Assembly: GCA_947478395.1 (NCBI GenBank)
Contig: CANJVR010000004.1
Span: 160,001 to 224,000, forward strand
Source: Opitutia bacterium
GTDB taxonomy: Bacteria; Verrucomicrobiota; Verrucomicrobiia; Opitutales; Opitutaceae
Direction: 5' to 3'
DNA: 64,000 nt
Shown: positions 35,787 through 45,361 of the stretch, in pieces
How positions within the stretch are numbered: position 1 is the first letter of the stretch
Layout of the letters: every line of letters starts with the position of its first letter
Made by a program: the position numbers and the translations under genes
Notes under the pieces: model-generated
Seen by the model: only the letters and a program-made list of their open reading frames with translations
Told to the model about the DNA's origin: nothing
Databases searched by the model: none

Positions 35787-38558
35787 ATGACGCTACACCG
35801 ACTCTGGATCTTTGCCGTGTTGTTACTCACGCCGCTGGCGCTAATCGCGCAAACCGCCCCCACGGCGCCTGCCGCGACCGCCAAGCCGGTTGTTACCCCG
35901 CGGGCCGACGACAGCGTTAAGCTTGAAGGCGTCGAAGTCACCGGCTCACGTATCCGCCTCAATGCTGGCGAGGCACCTGCGGTCCCGGTCTTCGCGCTTT
36001 CGCAGATCGAACTCGAGCAGCTTGGCGTCAATCGCCTGGCCGACATCCGTCAGGCGATCCCGCAGCTCGCGCCGGCCGTCGGCTTCAACGACAATCTCAG
36101 CAACGGCGGCTCGTCGCGCGGCCAGCAGGTCAGCACGTCGTTCAATCTCCGCGGGCTCGGCGGCAACTCCACCCTGATGCTGATCGACGGCCATCGCGTG
36201 CCGCACTCCGGCCAGGAGGCGCCGGGCGGCGCGGGCGGTCGCGAGGACTTTAACGTCGACGGAATTCCCGTCTCCGCGATCGAACGCGTCGAGGTGCTCA
36301 CGCAGGGCGCGAGCGCGGTCTACGGTTCCGAGGCGATCGGTGGCGTGATCAACATCATCCTTAAGAAAAACTATTCGGGCGCCGAGCTTTCGGTGAATTA
36401 CGACAACGCGTTCAAGTCGGACGTCGGCGACACGTCGATCAGTCTCACCGCCGGCTTCGCGCGCGGAAAACTAAAAACCTTTCTCACCGCCAACTGGGAG
36501 CACCAGAACGCGCTGATGTCACGCGACCGCTGGTTTACGGCCACCAACGACGTCACCCGCTACGGTGCCCCCGTCACCTCCAACGCGTTTTTCCTTCAGC
36601 AGCCTCCGGCAGGTGCCGGCCTGATCGCCAGCACCACCGGTCCGCAAAATGCCGGCCAAGCCAATCTCCCCGGCCAGACCTCGAATTTCGTGATTATCCC
36701 GACGGGATCGCGCGGCAACTCCGCGCTCGCCGACTACACGACCGGCGCTTATCCGACCCGCTTCGATCCCGCGCAATATTCCACGGCGATCGATCCGGCG
36801 CGTCGCCGGAGTTTCGTGTTCAAAGCTGACTACGCCGTCTCCGCCCTCGTGCAGCCCTATGCCGAGGCGCGCTGGAGTCGGTTCGAGAATTATTCCACGA
36901 GCACACCGGTGACCGTGCTCTCGCAATCGCTGCCCGCCGGTTACGCCGGCAACCCGTTTGGCCAAGCCGTGTTTCTCCGCAAAGTTTTCTACGACTTGCC
37001 GGCGCCGCAGACGAACTCCTTTCAGGAAAACAGCGGCCTCGTGCTCGGCGTGCGCGGCGATATCCCCGAAGGCGTGCTGCACCGCTGGCGCTACGATCTC
37101 AGCGCATCGATCGCTCGCAACACGATCTTCGACGATCAGATCGCGGCCGGCTTTACCTCCTCCCTGCTTACTGCCGCGATCAACAACGCCGATCCGGCGA
37201 AGCGGCCGCTGCTCGCCTACGACAGCACGAAGGGCGATCCGAACCCCGCGGGCCTGCTCGCAGCGCTGATGCCGACCTTCGATCACCGCGACGTGACCGA
37301 CACTTATCAGTATGCGTTCCAAGCTGACGGCACCGTCTGGACGGGCTGGGCGGGCGACATCAAGGGCGCGTTCGGCGGCGAAGCCGATGAGGAGAAAATT
37401 CGTTTCCACCGCGACGCCGGGGACTCCTCGCTGGCGTTCACCCTCACCAAGCCTTTCGCCCGCCGGACCACGGCGGCCTACACCGAGGTGAGCGTGCCAC
37501 TCCTCTCCGATCGTCAGCGCATTCCCGGCATTCACCGCATCGAAATCTCCGGTGCCATCCGCGCCGAACACTTCTCCGACATCGGCGGCCATAACAGCCG
37601 TCAATACAGTGGAATTTACCAACCGCTGAAATGGATCACTCTGCGGACTTCGCGCGCCGAGGGTTTCAAGACGCCAAAACTCTACGACCTCCTCGCGCCC
37701 ATCTCTACGGGCACCTCGACGCTGACTACGACGAGCAACGTCCACGACACCCTGCGCGGTGGTGAACTTGTGCTCGGCGTCGTCAACAGCACCAGCGGCG
37801 GTCAGCCGCACCTCAAGCCCGAGACGTCGGTCTCGAAGACCGGCGGCATCGTGGTCGATGTGCCCGGCAAATGGTTCAAGGGCCTCTCATTCTCCGTCGA
37901 CACCTGGCAGACTTATTACACGAACAAGATCGGCGGCCCCGGCCGGCAGGTGCTGATCGATTTCTTTCCGGAGCGCGTGACTCGCGCCGCGAAGTCGGCC
38001 TCCGATCCGGCGAACTACGCCGGGCTCATCACCGGGTTCGACACGAGCAACATCAATCTCGCGAGCCAGAAAGCACGCGGGATCGACTACCAGCTCTCCT
38101 ACCAGCACCGCTTCGATTTCGGCCAGCTCTCGTCTTCGATCGCCTACACGAATCCGAACCTGATCGTCACGCAGTCCACGCCTGCGGCCGTGCCGACCTC
38201 CACCTTTGGCCAGCTCCCGTGGCGCACCAGCGGCTCGCTCTTTTGGTCGCGCAATGCCTGGAGCGCCGGCACCTCGATGAGTTACCAGGCCCGCTATTAC
38301 GTCAACGGCCTCACCAGCGCGTATTATCCGTCGCTCATTCTCTGGAATCCCCAAGTGGCCTACAACTTCGCCAAGAATCCCGACTTCGGGGCCAAGTCCG
38401 GCACGTGGTGGGCGCGCGCCTTGTCCGGCAGCAAACTCAGCGTGACGGTGCCGAACGTCTTCAATCACGAACCCACGATGACGGAAGTGGCCTTCGGCCG
38501 CGTGGTCGTCGATCCGCGCCTGCGTCGCTACATCTTGGCTTTCTCGAAAAAACTCTGA
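35787..38558 (+). CDS. TonB-dependent receptor
   Basis: Signal peptide; VEVTGSRI TonB box; NLRGLG, TLMLIDGHR, IERVEVL..GASAVYGSEAIGGVINIILK plug; LKPETS. Confidence 0.93.
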   Translation: MTLHRLWIFAVLLLTPLALIAQTAPTAPAATAKPVVTPRADDSVKLEGVEVTGSRIRLNAGEAPAVPVFALSQIELEQLGVNRLADIRQAIPQLAPAVGFNDNLSNGGSSRGQQVSTSFNLRGLGGNSTLMLIDGHRVPHSGQEAPGGAGGREDFNVDGIPVSAIERVEVLTQGASAVYGSEAIGGVINIILKKNYSGAELSVNYDNAFKSDVGDTSISLTAGFARGKLKTFLTANWEHQNALMSRDRWFTATNDVTRYGAPVTSNAFFLQQPPAGAGLIASTTGPQNAGQANLPGQTSNFVIIPTGSRGNSALADYTTGAYPTRFDPAQYSTAIDPARRRSFVFKADYAVSALVQPYAEARWSRFENYSTSTPVTVLSQSLPAGYAGNPFGQAVFLRKVFYDLPAPQTNSFQENSGLVLGVRGDIPEGVLHRWRYDLSASIARNTIFDDQIAAGFTSSLLTAAINNADPAKRPLLAYDSTKGDPNPAGLLAALMPTFDHRDVTDTYQYAFQADGTVWTGWAGDIKGAFGGEADEEKIRFHRDAGDSSLAFTLTKPFARRTTAAYTEVSVPLLSDRQRIPGIHRIEISGAIRAEHFSDIGGHNSRQYSGIYQPLKWITLRTSRAEGFKTPKLYDLLAPISTGTSTLTTTSNVHDTLRGGELVLGVVNSTSGGQPHLKPETSVSKTGGIVVDVPGKWFKGLSFSVDTWQTYYTNKIGGPGRQVLIDFFPERVTRAAKSASDPANYAGLITGFDTSNINLASQKARGIDYQLSYQHRFDFGQLSSSIAYTNPNLIVTQSTPAAVPTSTFGQLPWRTSGSLFWSRNAWSAGTSMSYQARYYVNGLTSAYYPSLILWNPQVAYNFAKNPDFGAKSGTWWARALSGSKLSVTVPNVFNHEPTMTEVAFGRVVVDPRLRRYILAFSKKL

Positions 38559-38574
38559 GTTTGGTTGTGTTTAG

Positions 38575-38603
38575 GTAGGGGCGGTTCGGCGAGCCGTCCC
38601 TGC
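38575..38603. repeat. Single short GTAG-type REP-like palindrome
   Basis: GTAGGGGCGGTTCGGCGAGCCGTCCCTGC. Confidence 0.5.
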
Positions 38604-38616
38604 CTTTCTTTTCCCC

Positions 38617-39837
38617 ATGAAAAAACTTTTCCTCCTCCTCGCACTTTCCTCTGCTTTGTTCCTCCGCGCGGCGGAGATGCCCGTGCCCGCCGGTACTACT
38701 CCGGTCGTCGCCAAATCCCCGGCCGACCTCGACTACGACGCCGTCTGGGCGCTTTACAAAGAGCAGCCGGCCAATCCCGATTTTCGCAAGGAACAGCCGC
38801 GGGCGGCCTACGAGTGGGAAAACACGAAGTTGAAAAACTTCGTGGCCGCGGCGCGCGCGTTCGCGGCGAAATACCCGAACGATCCAAAGCGTTACGAAGC
38901 TCTCGTACAGTCCAGTTATACGCGTCCGTGGTTTCTGGCGGGCTTCAAGCCGGAGTTCGATGCCACTCCTTCGTCGAAAAACCTGATCATCGATCAAGCC
39001 GCATTGAACGAGTTTCGCGCCACGCAGTTCAAGTATCTCGAGGAAGTAATACTCGCCGCCGACGCCTCAGAGCGCCAGCGGGGCGGAGCGATGTTCGCCT
39101 ATCTGATCGATCGGCGCTCCGATGCGGTCGACCGCGACGTGCCGTATTCCGTCACGACGCTCGAGCCATTGATGGATCGGGTCATCGCCAAATATGGCGA
39201 TGAACGCGCCCTCGTGGTCGTCGATCAATATGCGGCGGCGTTGAAGAAAGAAAAACCAGACGCGTTGCCCGCGTTTGAGGTGAAGCTGCAGAAAGTGCCG
39301 ACACTCGCCGCGGCAATCGTGGAAGCGGCGGCCAAGCGCGAAGCGGCCGCCGCCGACAAGGCGAAGCGGATCGCGACCCTCAACACCTTGAAATTCACGG
39401 CCGCCGATGGACGCGAAGTCGAGCTGGCGAAATTGAAGGGTAAAGTGGTGCTGATCGATTTTTGGGCGACCTGGTGCGGACCGTGCATTGCCGAGCTCCC
39501 CAACGTCGTCGCGAACTATAACAAATATCACGACAAGGGCTTTGAGGTCATCGGCATCACGCTCGAGAATCCGAACGCGAAACCCAATGACACGCCGGCG
39601 GAAACCGAAGAGAAGCTCGCCGTCGCGAAACAGAAGATGCTCGATTTCACCGCGAAAAACGGGATGCCATGGCCGCAGTATTTCGACGGCAAATGGTGGA
39701 AGAACGACTACGCGGTGAAGTTCGCCATCGAGGCGATCCCGGCGATGTTTCTCATCGATCAGCAGGGCAATATCGTTTCGACCGAAGCCCGCGGCCCGGT
39801 CCTCGAAGCGGAATTGAAGCGCCTGCTGAAACTGTGA
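38617..39837 (+). CDS. Exported TlpA-family disulfide reductase with helical N-terminal domain
   Basis: Signal peptide; KGKVVLIDFWATWCGPC, GMPWPQYFDG, AIPAMFLID. Confidence 0.93.
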   Translation: MKKLFLLLALSSALFLRAAEMPVPAGTTPVVAKSPADLDYDAVWALYKEQPANPDFRKEQPRAAYEWENTKLKNFVAAARAFAAKYPNDPKRYEALVQSSYTRPWFLAGFKPEFDATPSSKNLIIDQAALNEFRATQFKYLEEVILAADASERQRGGAMFAYLIDRRSDAVDRDVPYSVTTLEPLMDRVIAKYGDERALVVVDQYAAALKKEKPDALPAFEVKLQKVPTLAAAIVEAAAKREAAAADKAKRIATLNTLKFTAADGREVELAKLKGKVVLIDFWATWCGPCIAELPNVVANYNKYHDKGFEVIGITLENPNAKPNDTPAETEEKLAVAKQKMLDFTAKNGMPWPQYFDGKWWKNDYAVKFAIEAIPAMFLIDQQGNIVSTEARGPVLEAELKRLLKL

Positions 39838-40118
39838 AACGGCAGTTGGATCCGCGTCGACCAGGGTCCGCGCCGCCGGCGCCGGATTCGGCCGGTTGGG
39901 CGGACATATTTGCGTCGCATGATGAGATCATTTCGCCGCTCGCGAAATTGACGGCCGCGGAAACCGCGGTGTTGTTGCAGGTGCGGCGCGGCCTGACTAA
40001 TCGCGAAATCGCGAAGGCGTTGGGCGAATCTGAAAGTGCGGTGAAGCGCCGGTTGAGCGCCTGTCTCCGCAAACTCGGCGTGCCGACCCGCACCCGCCTG
40101 ATCGCGCTCCCGCACTAA
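39834..40118 (+). CDS. HTH-only LuxR-family protein
   Basis: GTGA overlap with the TlpA stop; LTAAETAVLLQVRRGLTNREIAKAL...VKRRLSACLRKLGVPTRTRL. Confidence 0.7.
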   Translation: MKRQLDPRRPGSAPPAPDSAGWADIFASHDEIISPLAKLTAAETAVLLQVRRGLTNREIAKALGESESAVKRRLSACLRKLGVPTRTRLIALPH

Positions 40119-40151
40119 AGCGGTTTAACCAACGGCGCAGCCGATAACGAC

Positions 40152-40221
40152 GTAGCGGCAGGCGTCCCTGCCTGCCGAAACGCGAGCGCCGAACTCGGCA
40201 GGCAGAGACGCCTGCCGCTAC
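40152..40221. repeat. REP family A palindrome (copy 3)
   Basis: GTAGCGGCAGGCGTCCCTGCCTGCCG...CGGCAGGCAGAGACGCCTGCCGCTAC. Confidence 0.9.
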
Positions 40222-40431
40222 CCAAAACGGCCATGGAAAGGCTTAAACCGCACTAAGCGAAGGTGGGCTGGGCCGCGCTCCTAACGGGGCACCGGGGCCG
40301 AAAGGCGAAAGCGCGTGCGACCTCGGGCGAACCGCGGCGGCGAATCCCCAAAGAAAAGATCGCGCATCGGATTTCCGCTCGACTAGGCGGGGCTGACCGG
40401 AGGAATTGGCGGCGCGCGCCGCGCGTTTCCC

Positions 40432-40959
40432 GTGGAATCCGATCCTGCCGAGACTAGCCGTTGGTTTGAAACCGAGGTGCAGCCGCACCGACCGGCGGTG
40501 CGCGCCTGGCTGCTCGCGCGGTTTCCCACGCTGCCTGACGTCGATGATTTGGTGCAAGACGCGTGCGTGCGCCTGCTGCGGGCGCGCGAGGCCGGGCCGA
40601 TCCGCTCGACGCGGGCGCTGCTTTACACCGCGGCCCGGAATCTCGCGCTCGATGCCGTGCGACGGCAAAAGGTCATTTCTTTCGAGTCGCTTACGGACAT
40701 CGACGATTCGTCCGTCTTAGCGGATAGCACCGATGTCATTGCCACTGTCAGCAAACAACAGGAGCTCGAACTCTTGACCCGCGCTATCCAGACGCTGCCC
40801 GAGCGTTGCCGGCAGATCTTCACGCTGCGCACCGCCTACGGCCTGACTCAAAAACAAATCGCGGTGCAACTCGGCGTGTCCGAGAGCACCGTCGAAAAAC
40901 AAATGGCGCAGGGCATCCGGGCTTGCGCCGCCTTTTTCGCCCGACCTTTCCCCAACTAA
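40432..40959 (+). CDS. ECF sigma factor (FecI-like)
   Basis: DDLVQD, ARNLALD, LPERCRQIFTLR...GLTQKQIA...VSESTVEKQ. Confidence 0.93.
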   Translation: MESDPAETSRWFETEVQPHRPAVRAWLLARFPTLPDVDDLVQDACVRLLRAREAGPIRSTRALLYTAARNLALDAVRRQKVISFESLTDIDDSSVLADSTDVIATVSKQQELELLTRAIQTLPERCRQIFTLRTAYGLTQKQIAVQLGVSESTVEKQMAQGIRACAAFFARPFPN

Positions 40960-40967
40960 CCCCGCCC

Positions 40968-41990
40968 ATGAATTCCAAACCCGCATCTACCGACACCATC
41001 GATGCTGCGGCCTCTCACTGGCTCGCCCAACGCGATCGGGGACTCACGCCCGCGGAGCAGGACGAGTATTTGCGTTGGCTGCAGGCGGACCCGGCCCACG
41101 CGGCCGCGATGGCGCGGCACGCGGCGGCGCTGGAACGCATGATGCGGCTTTATGAGTGGCAACCGGCGCATACCGCCGAGCCCAATCCGGACCTTTTCGC
41201 GCCGCCGCGCCGGCGGAATGGGTGGTTGTGGTCCAGCGGACTCGCGGCGGCGGCGGTGCTGGCCCTCGGGGTGTTCGGGCTTACCCGTTATGTTGCATCG
41301 CACGCGGCCGGGCCGAAATCCTATCTGCACGTAAACGAACGTCTGGCGCTGCCCGACGGCTCGCGCATCGAGCTGCGCGACGGGAGCAAAGTCGTGGTGC
41401 AATATTCCGAGACCGAGCGCCGCGTGCAGCTCACGGGCGGGGAGGCTCATTTCATGGTATGGAAAGACGCGTCGCGGCCGTTTGTCGTGGTCGCGGGTGG
41501 CGTCCAGGTGCATGCGGTGGGCACCGCGTTCGCCGTGCGGCTGGAGGCCTCTTCGGTCGAGGTGCTCGTGACCGAAGGCCGCGTGAAGGTCGACTCGGTG
41601 GCCGAGCCGGCGGGCTCGTCGCCGGACAAAGAGATCCCAATGCTGGCGGCGGGTGAGCGAGCGACGGTCCTGCGCGGGGCGTCTCCCGCATCGGCGCCCA
41701 TCGCGCCGGCGGTCCTGGCCGTCACGCCAGAGGAGATCAAACGCGAGCTCGCCTGGCAGGCCCCGCGCCTGCAATTCGACGAGACACCGCTGGCCGACGC
41801 TGTGGCCGAATTCAATCGCCTGAATCGTGAGCAACTGGTCTTCGCCGATTCCAAGCTCGGCGCCCTGCGGATCGGCGGGACCTTCCGGCCGGACAACGTC
41901 GAAGGTTTCGTGCGCCTGCTCGCTACGACCCACCAGCTTGTCACCGAGCGTGACGGTGCGGGCCGGACAATCCTGCGGTCCAGCCGGTGA
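40968..41990 (+). CDS. FecR-family anti-sigma / transmembrane sensor
   Basis: AASHW...WLQADPAH, TM segment, LPDGSRIEL, GEAHF, AVGTAF, EGRV, LADAVAEFNR. Confidence 0.93.
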   Translation: MNSKPASTDTIDAAASHWLAQRDRGLTPAEQDEYLRWLQADPAHAAAMARHAAALERMMRLYEWQPAHTAEPNPDLFAPPRRRNGWLWSSGLAAAAVLALGVFGLTRYVASHAAGPKSYLHVNERLALPDGSRIELRDGSKVVVQYSETERRVQLTGGEAHFMVWKDASRPFVVVAGGVQVHAVGTAFAVRLEASSVEVLVTEGRVKVDSVAEPAGSSPDKEIPMLAAGERATVLRGASPASAPIAPAVLAVTPEEIKRELAWQAPRLQFDETPLADAVAEFNRLNREQLVFADSKLGALRIGGTFRPDNVEGFVRLLATTHQLVTERDGAGRTILRSSR

Positions 41991-42101
41991 GGTCCGGCCG
42001 CAGTCGGAGATAATTTGTGACGAAACCGTTACGGATGTTTCACGGCGGCTCGTCGTAAGAGAGGGCCAAGCTATTTACGGTCCCTCCAATTTCACTATTT
42101 T

Positions 42102-45100
42102 ATGCGAACCATGTCCTCTGTTATCCGCGTGCTGACTCTCGTTGTCGCGCTCGCCATTTCGGCCCGTGCGGCCGACGAATCCAAGAAAGCCTATGACCTG
42201 CCGGCCGGCGATGCCGTCAGCGCGCTAAAACAGTTTTCCGCGCAATCAGGCCGCGAGACGCTGTTTGCGGCCGATGCACTGCGCGGGGTGAAGACGTCCG
42301 CCCTCAAGGGTGATTTTACGCCGAAGGAAGCCTTGGACCGTCTGCTGGCGCAGACCGGTCTTGTGGCGACGCAGGACGGCAAGACGGGCGCATTTGCCGT
42401 GGTCCGGACAGGGAGCCCGGAAAAAAACGCCGGGAGCCGCCCCACAGCCGCTGACGTGGCGGGTGGTGCGGCGTCCGCCAGCGCCATCCCGCTGGAGCCT
42501 GCGGTCAAGATGGAGGAAGTCATGATCCTCGGTTCACGCATCCGCACGACCGAAGTCGCCGGTCCTTCGCCGGTGAGCTCCTACGACCGTGAATTTATTG
42601 AAGCCACGGGTGCCATGACCTTGGCCGATTTCTTGAATAAGATTCCCCAGACTTACTCCGGCATTGCGTCTGGCCGAAGCAGTGCGCCGGATGAGTTCAA
42701 TCCCGACTTTGGCCAGAAGACCGAGACGGCCACGCCGGCGATCAACATCGCACTCGGCGTCTCCGATATGGCTCCCGCTCAGACCGGAGTATCGGGCGTT
42801 TCATTGCGCGGACTCGGGGCGGGCTCGACGCTGGTGCTCGTTGATGGTCGCCGCGCGGTCACATCCGGCAACGGGAATAAGGGCAGCGACACCCGCCAGG
42901 GATTCGTCGACCTCAACACTATCCCGCTCGGCATGATCGACCATGTTGAAGTTACGACGGATGGCGCTTCCGCCATCTATGGTGCCGATGCGGTCGCCGG
43001 CGTCATCAATATCATTCTCAAGAAAAACTATAGCGGCACGGAAGTGAGCGGAAACTACACGGGCACGGAGCACGGCGGCGGGCGCGAGCGCAACCTCACC
43101 GTCAACCATGGCTTCGTCACGGGCAAGTTGAGTGGCTCCGTCGCTCTGACTTTCTACGATCGGCAGAACGTCGCCGCCAGCGACCGGGCTTTTTCTCGGC
43201 GCCAGGATCATTCCGGGCTGATCGTCGGTACGCTGGTCTCGACCGGGTCGGCTTACGCCGGCCGCAATTTTAGTTTGAATTATGGTTATCCGGCAGTGGT
43301 GCAGGCGGCCGGTGGAACGGTGGCGGGTAATTTTGACGCGATCCCCGGTGTTCGTGTCGTGGCGGTGCCGGTCGGCACGACGGCTACACCCTCGGTTGCG
43401 CAATTTACTCCCATCACCAATCCTGCTCCCAGCCAGACGGTGGTGAATTCGTCCGGTCAGCGTCGCGGCAACACCTCCACTTTTCTCGACCTTGCTCCGG
43501 AGTCGCAGCGGCGCGGTGGAAACGTCGATCTCAAGTACAAGTTCAACGACCAGATCGAGGCCTTCGGAAGCTATCGCACCAACGAGTCGCGCAGCTACAT
43601 CCGCTCGCAACCGACGACGTCGCTCACCGGTTCGTTCGGCGCGGCGGTGACCCTGCCAGCGGCCTTCAACCCGTTTAATCAGAACGTAACCGTTGGCATG
43701 ATTCTGACGGACTGGGGTTCCTCCGCGCAGCGGGTCCGCACGGTCGCCGATGCCGTGGTCGGTGGACTCCGCGGGAAAATCAACAGCTGGGAATGGGAGC
43801 TGGGCTATTCGTGGCAGAAGCAGGACGTGCGGCAGACCACGCGCAGCTTCAACGGCGCACCCTTTGCCAGCTTGCTGATCAATCCGGATCCCGCCTTGCG
43901 CTATAATCCGTTCCTCGATCTTTACGCCGCGGGGACGAAGTCGCAGGCCGCGCTGCTGGAGCCGCTCTCCCTCTATCCCGAGCTGTATAGTGTTTCCAAA
44001 AACAAGGGCCTCGACTTCAGCGCCGACGGCCCGCTGTTCACCTACAAGGGCGGCACCGTTAAGGTCGCCGTCGGCGGGTCGACCGCGACGAACGACGTCT
44101 GGAGTCGGACCACGAGCTTTTCCGCCGTGCTGGTGCCGGTGACCACAGTGGCCACGGTGACTGGGGGCCAGAAATCCACCGCGGAGTTCGCTGAACTTTA
44201 CGTGCCGGTTTTCGGCAAGTCCAATGCGTTGCCGCTCCTGGAGCGCCTCGATTTTCAGCTGGCCGGTCGCAACGAAAAGAACGGACCGTTCACCAAGTCG
44301 GTGCCGAAATACGGCGTATCCTGGAGCCCCGTGAAATCGCTCCTCCTCCGCGCCAGCTTGAGCCAGGGCTTCCGCGCCCCCGGTCCCACGGAATATCTTG
44401 TCGTCAGTCCCAACCAAACCCTGACGCTCACGGATCCGCGCCGCAACCCGCCGTCGACCCCAGGGGTCATCATTACGCGCGGCTCCAACCCCGACCCGAA
44501 ACCGGAATCTTCCGATAATTCATTCTTCGGTTTGGTCTTTGAGCCAACGTTCGTGAAGGGGCTTAGTTTCCAGGCCAATTACTATGACACGAAACAGAAG
44601 GACGTGCTGCAGGTCATCATCGCGCAGAATATCCTGAACAACGAGGCCTTGTTCCCGGATCGGGTCACCCGCGCGGCACCGACCGCGGCTGACATCGCCC
44701 TGAATCAGCCCGGTCAAGTCACCGGAGTTAGCCAGATGTTCGTTAACTTCGGCAGAGTGGTGAACCGCAGCATGGATCTCGCTGTGGACTACACGTTGCC
44801 TTGGGAAAATTTCGGCCGGTTCCGGATGCAGGTCGCCGCCAACCGGAACTTGGAGTCCACCCGGCAAATCGCGCCGGGCCAGCCCGCCGTCGTACTGGAT
44901 GAAGACACGGGTTCGCCACCGAAATGGAAGTTCAACACCTCGCTCTTCTGGCGCAAGGGCTCGTGGAATGCCTCCGCGTTCCTCTGGTACCTCGATGGCT
45001 TCAAGACGAATAATGCCGGCAGCAACTCGGTCGCGAACACGGCGTCCGTCATCTACTTCTCGACGCCGGCGGTCACCAAGCTCGACCTGCGCATGGGCTA

Positions 45101-45281
45101 TAATTTCAAGCAGGGTATCGTCCGTGGCTACGGCAAGAACGCGCGCTTCAGCCTGGGCGTGAACAACGTCATGGATAAACAGCCCCCGTTCTCTGACACC
45201 CTCTGGGGTTACAACGCCGGCCTCCACAGCCAGCTGATGATGGGGCGCTCCTACGAGCTTTCGCTCGCCGTCCCATTCTGA
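42102..45281 (+). CDS. TonB-dependent transducer (N-terminal signalling/STN domain)
   Basis: YDLPAGDAVSALKQFSAQSG...ALDRLLAQTGL STN domain; ILGSRI; SLRGLG; GASAIYGADAVAGVINIILK; C-terminal Phe. Confidence 0.93.
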   Translation: MRTMSSVIRVLTLVVALAISARAADESKKAYDLPAGDAVSALKQFSAQSGRETLFAADALRGVKTSALKGDFTPKEALDRLLAQTGLVATQDGKTGAFAVVRTGSPEKNAGSRPTAADVAGGAASASAIPLEPAVKMEEVMILGSRIRTTEVAGPSPVSSYDREFIEATGAMTLADFLNKIPQTYSGIASGRSSAPDEFNPDFGQKTETATPAINIALGVSDMAPAQTGVSGVSLRGLGAGSTLVLVDGRRAVTSGNGNKGSDTRQGFVDLNTIPLGMIDHVEVTTDGASAIYGADAVAGVINIILKKNYSGTEVSGNYTGTEHGGGRERNLTVNHGFVTGKLSGSVALTFYDRQNVAASDRAFSRRQDHSGLIVGTLVSTGSAYAGRNFSLNYGYPAVVQAAGGTVAGNFDAIPGVRVVAVPVGTTATPSVAQFTPITNPAPSQTVVNSSGQRRGNTSTFLDLAPESQRRGGNVDLKYKFNDQIEAFGSYRTNESRSYIRSQPTTSLTGSFGAAVTLPAAFNPFNQNVTVGMILTDWGSSAQRVRTVADAVVGGLRGKINSWEWELGYSWQKQDVRQTTRSFNGAPFASLLINPDPALRYNPFLDLYAAGTKSQAALLEPLSLYPELYSVSKNKGLDFSADGPLFTYKGGTVKVAVGGSTATNDVWSRTTSFSAVLVPVTTVATVTGGQKSTAEFAELYVPVFGKSNALPLLERLDFQLAGRNEKNGPFTKSVPKYGVSWSPVKSLLLRASLSQGFRAPGPTEYLVVSPNQTLTLTDPRRNPPSTPGVIITRGSNPDPKPESSDNSFFGLVFEPTFVKGLSFQANYYDTKQKDVLQVIIAQNILNNEALFPDRVTRAAPTAADIALNQPGQVTGVSQMFVNFGRVVNRSMDLAVDYTLPWENFGRFRMQVAANRNLESTRQIAPGQPAVVLDEDTGSPPKWKFNTSLFWRKGSWNASAFLWYLDGFKTNNAGSNSVANTASVIYFSTPAVTKLDLRMGYNFKQGIVRGYGKNARFSLGVNNVMDKQPPFSDTLWGYNAGLHSQLMMGRSYELSLAVPF

Positions 45282-45291
45282 TTTCTGCCAC

Positions 45292-45328
45292 AAAGGCCGG
45301 CTCGCTTCCGAGCCGGCCTTTTTGTTTT
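45292..45328 (+). terminator. Intrinsic terminator after TBDR
   Basis: AAAGGCCGGCTCG-CTTC-CGAGCCGGCCTTT followed by a T-rich tail. Confidence 0.8.
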
Positions 45329-45361
45329 CTTTCCTCTCTGGCGCTATTGTCCGCATCTATC

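Noticed and set aside
42020..42062. ECF promoter for the second TBDR (GTTACGGA...TCGTCGTA)
   Set aside because: The position is plausible, but no second copy was found to define a consensus, so it is not reported as a feature.
36519..44417. Long antisense ORFs (e.g. 36519-37811, 42801-44417; also 56736-57821)
   Set aside because: Typical shadow frames of high-GC genes with no recognisable motifs.
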